64,000 nucleotides of DNA. Origin: Prasinococcaceae sp. CCMP 1430. Lineage: Eukaryota > Plantae > Prasinodermophyta. Below, one piece after another: positions 56,091 to 64,000 of the stretch. Location: NCBI GenBank assembly GCA_013416795.1, contig RQSC01000024.1:19562-83561 (forward strand). The letters are read 5' to 3'. Made by a program: the position numbers and the translations under genes. Within the stretch, counting starts at the first letter, position 1. Each line of letters starts with the position of its first letter. Under the pieces are notes generated by a model. That model did no database searches. It was not told the DNA's origin and saw only the letters and a program-made list of their open reading frames with translations.

Positions 56091-56712
56091 GTGACGCCGG
56101 CGACCGCTCCTTCTCGGATTGGCACGCTGCGGTGGGAGGGGTTGGGCGGGCAGGACGAGGTGCAGCGCTTCTCCACCGCCGCAGTGCTTCGCGCGACGCC
56201 AATGCCCACTGGCAAGGGGGATGGAGGCGCGTACGAGGCCACTGTGGGCGGGGGGATCGGTATGGGCGCAGATAGCAGGCGGTTCTCCCCGTGGGAGGTC
56301 TCGCTCACACTATACCAATGTGGCGGCGAGCGCGGCCGTGATACGCCACTCGCGCGCTGCGTCCTCGACGCGACGGCATACATCGGCGCCGAGGCCGAGC
56401 ACGTCACGTTGGCAATGGTCGAGTGCGGCGGGAAGCGCGGAGGCGGCGCCCGTGACGCGGCCGCACGATACTCGCTCAGTGCGACGGTGCAGACGACGCT
56501 CGCACGCGCCGAGAGCGAGTCAAGCGCCTCCGAAGAAGAGCAGCTCGTGCTGGCGCCGGCGTCGTCGACCGATCCTACCCCAGCGATGGCAGAGCCCGCG
56601 CCCGAGCTGGCGCCCCGCGCGCACAACGGCGGCGGACGCACGTGGTGGGGCATGAGGAGGAAGCGAGCTGCGCACGCGCGCTCGATGTCAGCTGGCTCAA
56701 GCGTATCCATCC
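56091..56712 (+). CDS. NT-type C2 domain protein, internal exon (cut by N at 56713)
   Basis: After acceptor CAG (56090): GTLRWEG…FSTAAVL…FSPWEVSLTLY…LARCVLDATAYIG…VTLAM…YSLSATVQ, following the EEIG1/EHBP1 NT-C2 pattern. Confidence 0.55.
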
Positions 56713-56715
56713 NCG

Positions 56716-58047
56716 CTCGCGCAATGGCGAGGCCACGCCGCCGCCGCCGCCGGCGCCCCCGCTCCGCGGTCGTCCCTGGCGCGCTGGGCGGCCTTTCTGA
56801 GCATCCCGGCGGGGGCCGCTGCCGTCGGCCTCGGAACCAACTACGTGGGCGTGCAGATGCTGTTCGCACCGCTCGAGTTCGCGGGCGTCGAGCTGTGGCG
56901 CGAGCGAGGCTCGCCGTACGGGGCATTTGGCTGGCAGGGCGTCGTGCCCGCGCGCGCGGAGCGCATGGCGGAGCGGCTGACGCGCGTGGTGTCCGAGCAG
57001 CTCCTGTCCCTCGAGGAGGCCTTCGCAAACATCGAGAGCGCCGCGCTCGCAGCGCTGCTCGCGCCGACGGTCGAGGACGCCATCCGTAGGCACGCAGAAA
57101 ATGGCGACGCGTGGGCACGGTTGCTGCGCGGGCCACTGCTCAGAAAGGCGCTCCGGGACGTCGTCGACGCACTGAAGGACGACATCAGCACGGTCCTTGA
57201 CCTCGACGAGGTCGTGCGCAGCGCGTTCGTGCGCGACGTGCGCGTGCTCGTTGAGCTCTTTCAGAAGGTAGGGTCGGCGGAGCTGTCATTCCTGGTCAAC
57301 TCTGGCGCATTTTTTGGCTTCGCGTTGGGAGTGGCGCAGGGGGCGTGCTGGCGCGCGTACCCGCACGCGTGGACTCTGCCGGTGGCGGGCGCGGTCGTAG
57401 GCTACGTGACCAACTTGGTCGCCATCACGCTGCTGTTCGACCCGGCAGAGCCCATCGACTGCTGCGGCCTCTTCGAGGTGCAGGCCATGTTCTCCAAGCG
57501 GCAGCCCGAGGTGTCGATGGCGTTCTCAGACTTCCTCAGCGAGCGCGTGCTGACGTCGCCGCGACTCATCGCGGAGCTCAGTTCTGGCAACTTCAGGCGG
57601 GAGTTCGAGGCGTTGCTGCGCAGGACGGTGCCGGCGCTCGTGCCTGACTCGGTCGTCAATGCGGCCGCCATGGGGCTGCAGGAGCTCGCCACGGAGTCGC
57701 GCCAGCACGCCACGCACGCGTACCTGGCGGAGCAGCTCGCATTGCGCGACACGCTGTGTGTGCGGCTCATGGCGCTGCCTCCCAAGGCCTTCGAGGAATT
57801 GCTCCACCCCGTCTTCCAGGAAGACGAGATTATCCTCATCGTGGTGGGCGGCGTGCTTGGTGCGCTCGTGGGCCTCGCCCAGATGCGATTCGGGGTCGGC
57901 TCAGCATCCGCGCCTGTCATCGCGAGGGCAGCCGCAAGCCTTGCCACCAGGGGCGCGAAGGGCACAAGGGGCAACCCCATGCTGGCCGCGGCAGCCAAGC
58001 CGGTGGCAGCTGGCGCCCGCAGCACGAGCGGGGGTCACACGAGATAG
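56716..58047 (+). CDS. DUF445-family membrane protein, 5'-truncated at N 56713
   Basis: Two repeats of the IP…VG-xTN…MLFxP motif (LSIPAGAAAVGLGTNYVGVQMLFAP; TLPVAGAVVGYVTNLVAITLLFDP), WQGVVP, and terminal FQEDEIILIVVGGVLGALVGLAQ. TGTAA at 58131. Confidence 0.8.
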   Translation, partial: LAQWRGHAAAAAGAPAPRSSLARWAAFLSIPAGAAAVGLGTNYVGVQMLFAPLEFAGVELWRERGSPYGAFGWQGVVPARAERMAERLTRVVSEQLLSLEEAFANIESAALAALLAPTVEDAIRRHAENGDAWARLLRGPLLRKALRDVVDALKDDISTVLDLDEVVRSAFVRDVRVLVELFQKVGSAELSFLVNSGAFFGFALGVAQGACWRAYPHAWTLPVAGAVVGYVTNLVAITLLFDPAEPIDCCGLFEVQAMFSKRQPEVSMAFSDFLSERVLTSPRLIAELSSGNFRREFEALLRRTVPALVPDSVVNAAAMGLQELATESRQHATHAYLAEQLALRDTLCVRLMALPPKAFEELLHPVFQEDEIILIVVGGVLGALVGLAQMRFGVGSASAPVIARAAASLATRGAKGTRGNPMLAAAAKPVAAGARSTSGGHTR

Positions 58048-58218
58048 ACCCAAGTGGCCCGGTCCAATTATTATGCGTGTGGCGCGGCGGCCCGGTTCGA
58101 CACTCTCTCTCTCCGCGTGGGCGCCTCTGTTGTAACATACGTGCATGCATCCCGGCCGCGGGCGGCTCCCGCCCACCCCGCGCCGCCGCCGCCGGCGCGC
58201 CGCTCCTCGCCGCCTCGG

Positions 58219-58289
58219 NNNNNNNNNNNNNNNNNNNNNNNNNNNNNNNNNNNNNNNNNNNNNNNNNNNNNNNNNNNNNNNNNNNNNNN
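58219..58289. other. Assembly gap (71 N)
   Basis: Run of N. Confidence 0.97.
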
Positions 58290-58290
58290 G

Positions 58291-60288
58291 GCGCGGGCCG
58301 ACGCGCAGGAGGGGGTCGGGGCCGCGGCGCGTGGCCGGGGGAGGGGCGCGGGGCGCGGGATGGACGCCGCCGTGGCCGGGGCTGCAGAGCGCAGGCGGAA
58401 CGCCGTATCCACGGCGCTCGATGAGGTGCCCACCAACGGCAATTTCGGCGTGCCCCTCGCTGGGAGCGCCGCAGCGAAGGGCGCGCCTGCCGCGGCGGCG
58501 AAAGGGGCGAGCGGGAACAGGGCGCAGCCGCCTCCGCGGCCGACGGCGGGAGACGGGGGGCGAGCCTTACCAGGCGCGCAATCCCAGCCCGCGCCGCAGC
58601 GAGCAGCGCCAGCGACTGCGCCCCTGGCGCAGTCGCAGCCTGCCCCGGCGCGCCAGGCGTCGCAGGCGGAGCTCGCTGGAGGGTGGGGGCCAGACATGGC
58701 GTTCAATGGGGCGGGCACCTCGGGCGCCGCAGGTGCGCAGCGTGGCGCTGCTGCGCAGCCTGCACCCGACACCGCCGAGGAGCTCGCTGAACTGGATCGC
58801 GAGTGGGCAGAGGTTCGCGTGATCACCGCGTCACAGCAGGAGGCCCTGGACGCGCCGACGACGGGTGACACGTTCGAGGAGTCCCCGGCCTACGAGTCGC
58901 TCCTGCACCTGCCACCTACAGAAACGCAGCGGCAACAAGAAGGCGCTCAGACCGAGCCACCGGAGCAGCAGCAGCACAACCGCCACCAGTTGGAGCAAGC
59001 TCCTCCCGAGAGCGAGAGGGCGGTCGCGGTGCAGGGGGTGCCGCCGGCGGCTGAAGCTCCCTTGCAGACGCAACCGGAGGAGGCCAGGCAGCCGGCGCTA
59101 TTCGAGGCAGAGGACTCGGACGACAACAGCGACTTCAGTGATGCCGTAGAGGAGTTGGCGCGACCGCGGTCCATGTCGCGCAGCCCAGACTTGCGCGGGC
59201 CCGGGCTCGCCCTGCCTGAGGAGACGCCGGTCCGAGAGAGGCAGCGACAGTTCACGCCTGCCTCGCGCGGCTCAGATGAGCCGGAAAGGTGGCGGGCGGT
59301 GCCATCCCAGGCGAGGGCGAGCGAGGACGGCCGTAGCGACATGTTCCTGACGCAGCGCCCGGCTACGCAGGCGCCCGCGGGTTCGCAAGCCGACCCGATG
59401 GCCCAAGCGACGCAGCAGCCCACGCCCATGCTAATGACACAGGCGCCGCAGGTTCCGCCGGCGACCGATCCTCAGCAGCCAGCGCAGGAGCCAACGCAAG
59501 CCACGCCCGTGCTTGCGACGCAGGCACCTCGCCGCAGCTCGGGCGCGCCGGCCCCAACGAATGAGGCGGCCCTCCCCGGTGCCGCGGAGAAGGAAGAAGA
59601 AGGGGGTGCGCCGCGCCGCGGCTTCGTGGTCGACACGCCGGCGAGCGAGGCGCCGCCGATAAAAGTGACCCTTCCGGCATCGATCCCGGAGACACAGCAG
59701 GATGCCTTCGGCGACGGCGGCGGTGGTGGTGAAGACCAGGGAACCGCGCAGCAGCAGCAGGAGGAGGAGGAGCAGAGAGAGCAGCAGCAGCAGCCGCAGC
59801 AGCAGGATCAGAGCACGGAGAGTGGCGAGCAGGACGCCGAGCTTCGGGAGCGTGTGCACCGGTCCGTCCCCCCCAAGAAGCGCATCCGCTCGGGCGCCGG
59901 TGCGGTGCCCACGCCAACCGGAGCGCAGCCTGCATCAGAAGTGCCATCCGCAGCGGCGCGGGCGCCGGAACGCGGCGGCGGCGCGGGGCCATCAGATCCG
60001 CCGGCCAAGCAGCGAAAGGTGGCAGTGCCGACCACTGCGGTGCCACCATCGGCTACCGCGAAGGGCAAGGCGCAGGTGCGCGACAAGGAGGCGATGCCCG
60101 CCGTGGTCTCGGGGCGGAAGGCGGCGCCGAAGAACAAGAAGAAGGCTTCCGGGAAGTCGCGTGTGCCGGCAAAGGCCCCCTCTGCGCATGAGCTGCGCAT
60201 GAAGAGAGCGGCAGACAGGGCGCTCGAGCTCGCGCTGCGCAGGATCCAGGAGCAGGCTGGGATCCCGGCAACGCAGGAGACCCAGTGA
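58291..60288 (+). CDS. Intrinsically disordered protein with an SQ/TQ cluster (first ATG 58360; may extend into the gap)
   Basis: Open frame from the gap to the stop, A/P/Q/E-rich, with about 17 SQ/TQ dipeptides by my count. Confidence 0.7.
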   Translation, partial: ARADAQEGVGAAARGRGRGAGRGMDAAVAGAAERRRNAVSTALDEVPTNGNFGVPLAGSAAAKGAPAAAAKGASGNRAQPPPRPTAGDGGRALPGAQSQPAPQRAAPATAPLAQSQPAPARQASQAELAGGWGPDMAFNGAGTSGAAGAQRGAAAQPAPDTAEELAELDREWAEVRVITASQQEALDAPTTGDTFEESPAYESLLHLPPTETQRQQEGAQTEPPEQQQHNRHQLEQAPPESERAVAVQGVPPAAEAPLQTQPEEARQPALFEAEDSDDNSDFSDAVEELARPRSMSRSPDLRGPGLALPEETPVRERQRQFTPASRGSDEPERWRAVPSQARASEDGRSDMFLTQRPATQAPAGSQADPMAQATQQPTPMLMTQAPQVPPATDPQQPAQEPTQATPVLATQAPRRSSGAPAPTNEAALPGAAEKEEEGGAPRRGFVVDTPASEAPPIKVTLPASIPETQQDAFGDGGGGGEDQGTAQQQQEEEEQREQQQQPQQQDQSTESGEQDAELRERVHRSVPPKKRIRSGAGAVPTPTGAQPASEVPSAAARAPERGGGAGPSDPPAKQRKVAVPTTAVPPSATAKGKAQVRDKEAMPAVVSGRKAAPKNKKKASGKSRVPAKAPSAHELRMKRAADRALELALRRIQEQAGIPATQETQ

Positions 60289-60533
60289 GCGTCGAGCGCG
60301 CGCGCTACCCTAGCTGCGGCTACATGTTCCAGACCAAAGAGAACGCATTGGCACTCCTTCGCGCACTGTCCAGCGCGCCTTGACGCGCGCAGAATAGGTG
60401 GCGTGTCTGTCCCGCGACTCCTTGCATCGCTCTTGTCGGGCGCAGCAGGAGTGGCGGCGGCGAGCGCAGGCCGTCCGCGCGAAACACAAAGCCGCGACGA
60501 AGTGTGCCATGGCCACCATACACTCCTGTCGCG

Positions 60534-61745
60534 ATGCAGTGCCACACCGCGCGCGCCGTGCGCGCGCTTTTGCCCGCCGCTGTCCCCATGGCGACCGCGT
60601 CGCCAGGCATCGCCGCTCGCCGCGCCTCGACCAGGCCACGCGGTGCGCGCCATGTGCGCGCCGCCGGCGCGCCGCGCACACGCGTGCGCCCCTGCGCTGC
60701 CACTGCCTCACTGCCCGAGGACGAGCTGCATGCGCTGCGAGCGGCCGCCGAGGAAGCTGCAGAGGCCGGGGCGCGTGTCATCAGGGACGCGCTCGGCGAC
60801 GGCACCGCAGCCGGTGCGCCGCGTGGTGTCGCGATGCGCGAGGTGCGTGTTCGCAGGAGCACGCGTTGGCCCGCGCGCCGGTGGTGCCGCAGGCGTCGGC
60901 GCAACCGCTGCTTGCTGACGCACGCTTGCGCACTCTACCGCGCCTTGCAGAAGAGCTCTGCCGCCGACATTGTGACGGAGGTAGATGGGCGTGCTGAGGA
61001 GGCGGTCATCGCCGCGCTGCGCAGCGCGCTCGGTGATTCTTCGGTGGCAATCCTCGGCGAGGAGGGCGGCGTGACGGGCGACACCGCTGGCTCCGAGCTG
61101 CTGTGGTGCGTGGACCCCCTGGACGGCACGACAAACTTTGCGGCGGGCTACCCGTCGTTCGCGGTGAGCGTGGGATGCCTCTTCAGAGGAGCGCCCGTTG
61201 CCGCGGCGATCGTGGAGTTCACGGGTGGCCCGTTCTGCTGGGCCACGCGTACCTTCAGCGCGGCAAAGGGCATGGGCGCCACATGCCAAGGCGCGCCGAT
61301 CGAGTGCTCGCCCAACGACGCGATCGAGAAAAGCCTGCTGGTCACGGGTTTCGGCTACGACCACGGGGCGGCCTGGGCGGCCAACATGGAGTCTTTCAAG
61401 CACTTCACCGACTGCACGCGCGGCGTGCGCAGGCTGGGTGCTGCGGCTGTGGACCTTTGCCATGTCGCCCTGGGCATAGTCGACGCCTACTGGGAGTACA
61501 ATTTGTCGCCGTGGGACGTCGCCGCTGGCGTGCTGATCGCCCAGGAAGCCGGCGCGCTCGTGACGACGCTGGATGGCAAGCCGTACAGCGTGTTCGACCG
61601 GAGCATGATCGCTGTGACGCCGGGGTTGCAGGGGGCGATCCTCGACTCCTATCTCGCCCCGAGGACTCGGCGGCTCGTCGAAGAGGAGGGTGTCGACCTC
61701 GGGAGGTGGAAGATGCCGGAAGGTGTCATTCTCGACCTGCCTTAG
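60534..61745 (+). CDS. IMPL1: Inositol monophosphatase-like 1, plastid-targeted; intron 60843-60950
   Basis: DIVTEVD, ILGEE, WCVDPLDGTTNFA, LLVTGFGYDH, GVRRLGAAAVDLCHVALG, WDVAAG; Ala/Arg-rich transit-like N-terminus. Confidence 0.9.
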   Translation: MQCHTARAVRALLPAAVPMATASPGIAARRASTRPRGARHVRAAGAPRTRVRPCAATASLPEDELHALRAAAEEAAEAGARVIRDALGDGTAAGAPRGVAMREVRVRRSTRWPARRWCRRRRRNRCLLTHACALYRALQKSSAADIVTEVDGRAEEAVIAALRSALGDSSVAILGEEGGVTGDTAGSELLWCVDPLDGTTNFAAGYPSFAVSVGCLFRGAPVAAAIVEFTGGPFCWATRTFSAAKGMGATCQGAPIECSPNDAIEKSLLVTGFGYDHGAAWAANMESFKHFTDCTRGVRRLGAAAVDLCHVALGIVDAYWEYNLSPWDVAAGVLIAQEAGALVTTLDGKPYSVFDRSMIAVTPGLQGAILDSYLAPRTRRLVEEEGVDLGRWKMPEGVILDLP

Positions 61746-61750
61746 GGCCT

Positions 61751-61782
61751 AGCTAGAGAGCTCTCTAGCTCTAGCTAGAGCG
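61751..61782. repeat. Overlapping perfect palindromes between convergent 3' ends
   Basis: AGCTAGAGAG-CTCTCTAGCT (20 bp, 61751-61770) overlaps GCTCTAG-CTAGAGC (14 bp, 61768-61781). Confidence 0.85.
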
Positions 61783-61899
61783 CTTTCTACTAGAGCTAGC
61801 TGCATGGCTGGACGCAGTCGCAGGCCAGCTTGGGCTGCTGCGTGACTTTGACAAAACCACAAAAAATTATTACTCGGTGCGGACGCCATCGCCTTCACG

Positions 61900-64000
61900 C
61901 TACAGCGCCGTGACGACCGCGCCCCTGACGACCGCGGGCAAAGGGACCGAACCTGACCGCACCCCTTCGATGAAGAGCGCGTGCAGCTGGTCGGTGAACT
62001 CGCCCCAGTTGGCGAGAGGGCCCGTGCCGGTGAGCACAACCTGCACCCACATGCCCATCATCGCCACCATCGCCAGCCGCGCGTGCTTGATCTCGCTGGT
62101 GCGCAGCTCGTGCAAGCGCTCGTCCGACGTGACGGTGAGCCCCAGCGGGTCGAAGAGGCCACCCGGGTAGATGCGCGTCTCGTAACTTCCGCTGGCGGAC
62201 GCGCGCAGCATCTCGGCGAACCCTTGCATGAACAGCTGCAAGCCGATGAACGCCTGCATGGACATGGTGTTGTCGCCCTGCAGCATGGCCAGGTGGTGGA
62301 TGTTCATGAACACGGCACCCTCCCTGAGCTCCGTGGCGGGCGCCTGCGACCACGACTCCACGTAGCCGAGCGCCTCGGGCGCCATGCAGCCCACCGCCGC
62401 CAGCATCGCCCAGCGCCCGTGGAGGACCTCGACCTCGCGCAGGTACTCGAGGCGCGAGCCGCAGTACGACTTCTCGTCGTACCCCGGCGGCAGCCACGTG
62501 CCCAGGCCGCTGCCGTCCGCGGCGCGCCTGTCCTCGCGCGTGAAGCCCACCGGGTCGAAGCCCACGTCGCCCGGCAGGCTCCCGTCGAGCTCCACGGGAG
62601 CGTTGAGCATCGGCAACCACCCCGCGCGGCGGTCGGAGGCCATGCCGCCGCGCCCAGCGGTGAGGCCCGCCGCGCGCAGCAGCGGCCACATGTACTGCTC
62701 GGCCACGCGCACGCCCGCGCCCTCGTGGCCCAGGTGCGCGATCAGCCTGAAGCGAATGTCGTTGCTCGCGACGGCGAACACTCGCAGCGCGAACATCAGC
62801 AGCTCGGGGCCCGACAGCCGGTGGCTGAGGAAGCTCTGCCACCACACGTTGGGCAGCCGGAAGAACGTGCGGAAGAAGGCGAGGAGCGTGGGCTGGTCGA
62901 AGGTGAGCATCATCCGCATCCCGAACTCGTAGAAGCCCTGCTGCCGCCGCCGGTCGTCGTCCCACAGCTGGTCCCACGCGAGGCGCGCCGCCTCCTCGGC
63001 GGGCACCTGCGAGTCGGAGGCGAGCCCGTCGGCAATGGCGCGCGCCACGTGGGGGGCGCGCGTGAGCATGTTGGCGATGTGGTAGCCGCTCACGGGGTGC
63101 ACCATGCCGGCGGCCGCGCCGAAGGCCACCGAGCGCTGCGGCGCCACGGGCACCGTGCCGCCCAGCGGGATCCAGCTGGCCTCCTCCTCCAGCACCGCCT
63201 CCACGTGCGCGTCCTCGTCGAGGCCCATGCGCTGCAGCCGGCGCGTCAGGCGCGCCTTGAGCTCGTCGAAGGGCACCGCGTGGTCGGTGGGCGCCACGAG
63301 GCACGTCTCCTGCAGGAAGACCGTGTCTTCGTCGACGGGGAAGGCGTAGAGGATGCTCGGCCAGTGCGAGTGCGACGCGCAGTCCTCGCCGTGCGCGCCC
63401 GCCAGCGCCTCCTCGCGCTCGGTGTCCTGATGGCGGAAGTCCATGAAGAGGGCCGTGTCCATGGGCCACGGGTGGTTCTTCCAGGTGACCTCGTAGCCGT
63501 AGGCGGTCTGCATGGTGGGGCGCGGGCCGTCCTCGTAGGCGAGGAGCTCGCGGTTGTGGCCGAGCGCCAGCACGGGCACCTTGGCACGCAGCGGCGTCTC
63601 GCGGCCGCGCACGCGCAGCTCGCTGTGCTGGCGCTCGTGCTCGATGCCATCGACGAGGGCGTCGAGGTACTGCACGCCGCCGGCGCGCGCGGCGGCCAGC
63701 AGCTTGGCGCGCAGCTCGCGGCGGCCCAAGCGCACGTAGCGGCGGCCCAGGTCGAGCTGCTCGCTCTCGGAAAGCCACACCTCCATCTTGTCGTAGCGCT
63801 GGACCACGGCGTCGCTGAGGTCCAGCGGGATCTCGGCGAGTTCGTCCTCGAAGATGCCGTAGTTGTTCACGAAGCACGACTCGGGGCCCAGGAGCAGCAC
63901 GCTCAGGCCGGTGCCGGCGAGCTCGGCGGCCATGGCGATGCCGGCCGGGCCGGTGCCGACCACCACGGCGTCGTAGTCATCGCGTCCGTCGGCCGGCTCT
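61900..64000 (-). CDS. LCYE: Lycopene epsilon-cyclase-like domain fused to a C-terminal light-harvesting complex (LHC) domain; open past the window edge
   Basis: Cyclase: YDAVVVGTGPAG, LLLGPESCFVNNYG, FMDFR, TVFLQETCLV, EEEASWIPLGG, FGAAAGMVHPVSGY. The same frame continues into LHC motifs LDGSLPGDVGFDPVG, EVLHGRWAML, YPGGLFDPLGL, EIKHARLAM. Confidence 0.9.
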   Translation of the reverse strand, partial: EPADGRDDYDAVVVGTGPAGIAMAAELAGTGLSVLLLGPESCFVNNYGIFEDELAEIPLDLSDAVVQRYDKMEVWLSESEQLDLGRRYVRLGRRELRAKLLAAARAGGVQYLDALVDGIEHERQHSELRVRGRETPLRAKVPVLALGHNRELLAYEDGPRPTMQTAYGYEVTWKNHPWPMDTALFMDFRHQDTEREEALAGAHGEDCASHSHWPSILYAFPVDEDTVFLQETCLVAPTDHAVPFDELKARLTRRLQRMGLDEDAHVEAVLEEEASWIPLGGTVPVAPQRSVAFGAAAGMVHPVSGYHIANMLTRAPHVARAIADGLASDSQVPAEEAARLAWDQLWDDDRRRQQGFYEFGMRMMLTFDQPTLLAFFRTFFRLPNVWWQSFLSHRLSGPELLMFALRVFAVASNDIRFRLIAHLGHEGAGVRVAEQYMWPLLRAAGLTAGRGGMASDRRAGWLPMLNAPVELDGSLPGDVGFDPVGFTREDRRAADGSGLGTWLPPGYDEKSYCGSRLEYLREVEVLHGRWAMLAAVGCMAPEALGYVESWSQAPATELREGAVFMNIHHLAMLQGDNTMSMQAFIGLQLFMQGFAEMLRASASGSYETRIYPGGLFDPLGLTVTSDERLHELRTSEIKHARLAMVAMMGMWVQVVLTGTGPLANWGEFTDQLHALFIEGVRSGSVPLPAVVRGAVVTAL

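Noticed and set aside
55821-57089. NT-C2-DUF445 fusion ORF
   Set aside because: The two domains are separated by the N at 56713 and are in different frames.
1916-60288. Apparent chromatin/genome-maintenance cluster (DNMT5, MSI4, DEK, MAD2, SQ/TQ protein, photolyase)
   Set aside because: These genes are interspersed with unrelated metabolic genes and separated by contig joins where coding context switches, so there is no evidence of a functional cluster.
2084-60950. Introner-like repeated introns
   Set aside because: The introns share only splice signals and CG/CA low-complexity; I saw no end-to-end similarity or terminal repeats.

Overview
Gene-dense, very GC-rich eukaryotic nuclear DNA from a green alga, most likely prasinophyte-grade. 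This is an inference from a DNMT5 gene, a lycopene cyclase-LHC fusion, plant-type MSI4/IMPL1/AP-1 gamma sequences, UGUAA poly(A) signals and short GT(G/A)CG...CTGAC...AG introns; the species cannot be fixed from sequence alone. About 30 genes or gene fragments are readable: class II photolyase-like, GGH fragment, DNMT5, AMSH, MSI4/FVE, GST, PLD6/Zucchini-like, EH-like protein, alpha/beta hydrolase, SCCPDH-like, POR-like SDR, TRAF-zinc-finger protein, DEK, REI1, HIBADH, CutA, AP-1 gamma, MAD2, KIF12-like kinesin, NT-C2 fragment, DUF445, SQ/TQ-cluster protein, IMPL1 and LCYE-LHC, plus several unknowns. The assembly is fragmented: single Ns at 424, 1833, 9319, 11608 and 56713 and N-runs at about 12938-13595 and 58219-58289 often join unrelated coding sequence, so gene order across them is unreliable. 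No rRNA, tRNA, CRISPR array or transposase was seen. I found no convincing new multi-gene system. The best leads are at protein level: the cyclase-LHC fusion, a kinesin with an altered P-loop and a possibly phage-like C-terminal module, DNMT5 and REI1 with lost zinc ligands, and a Zucchini-like nuclease. All family assignments come from motif recognition by eye, not database searches.
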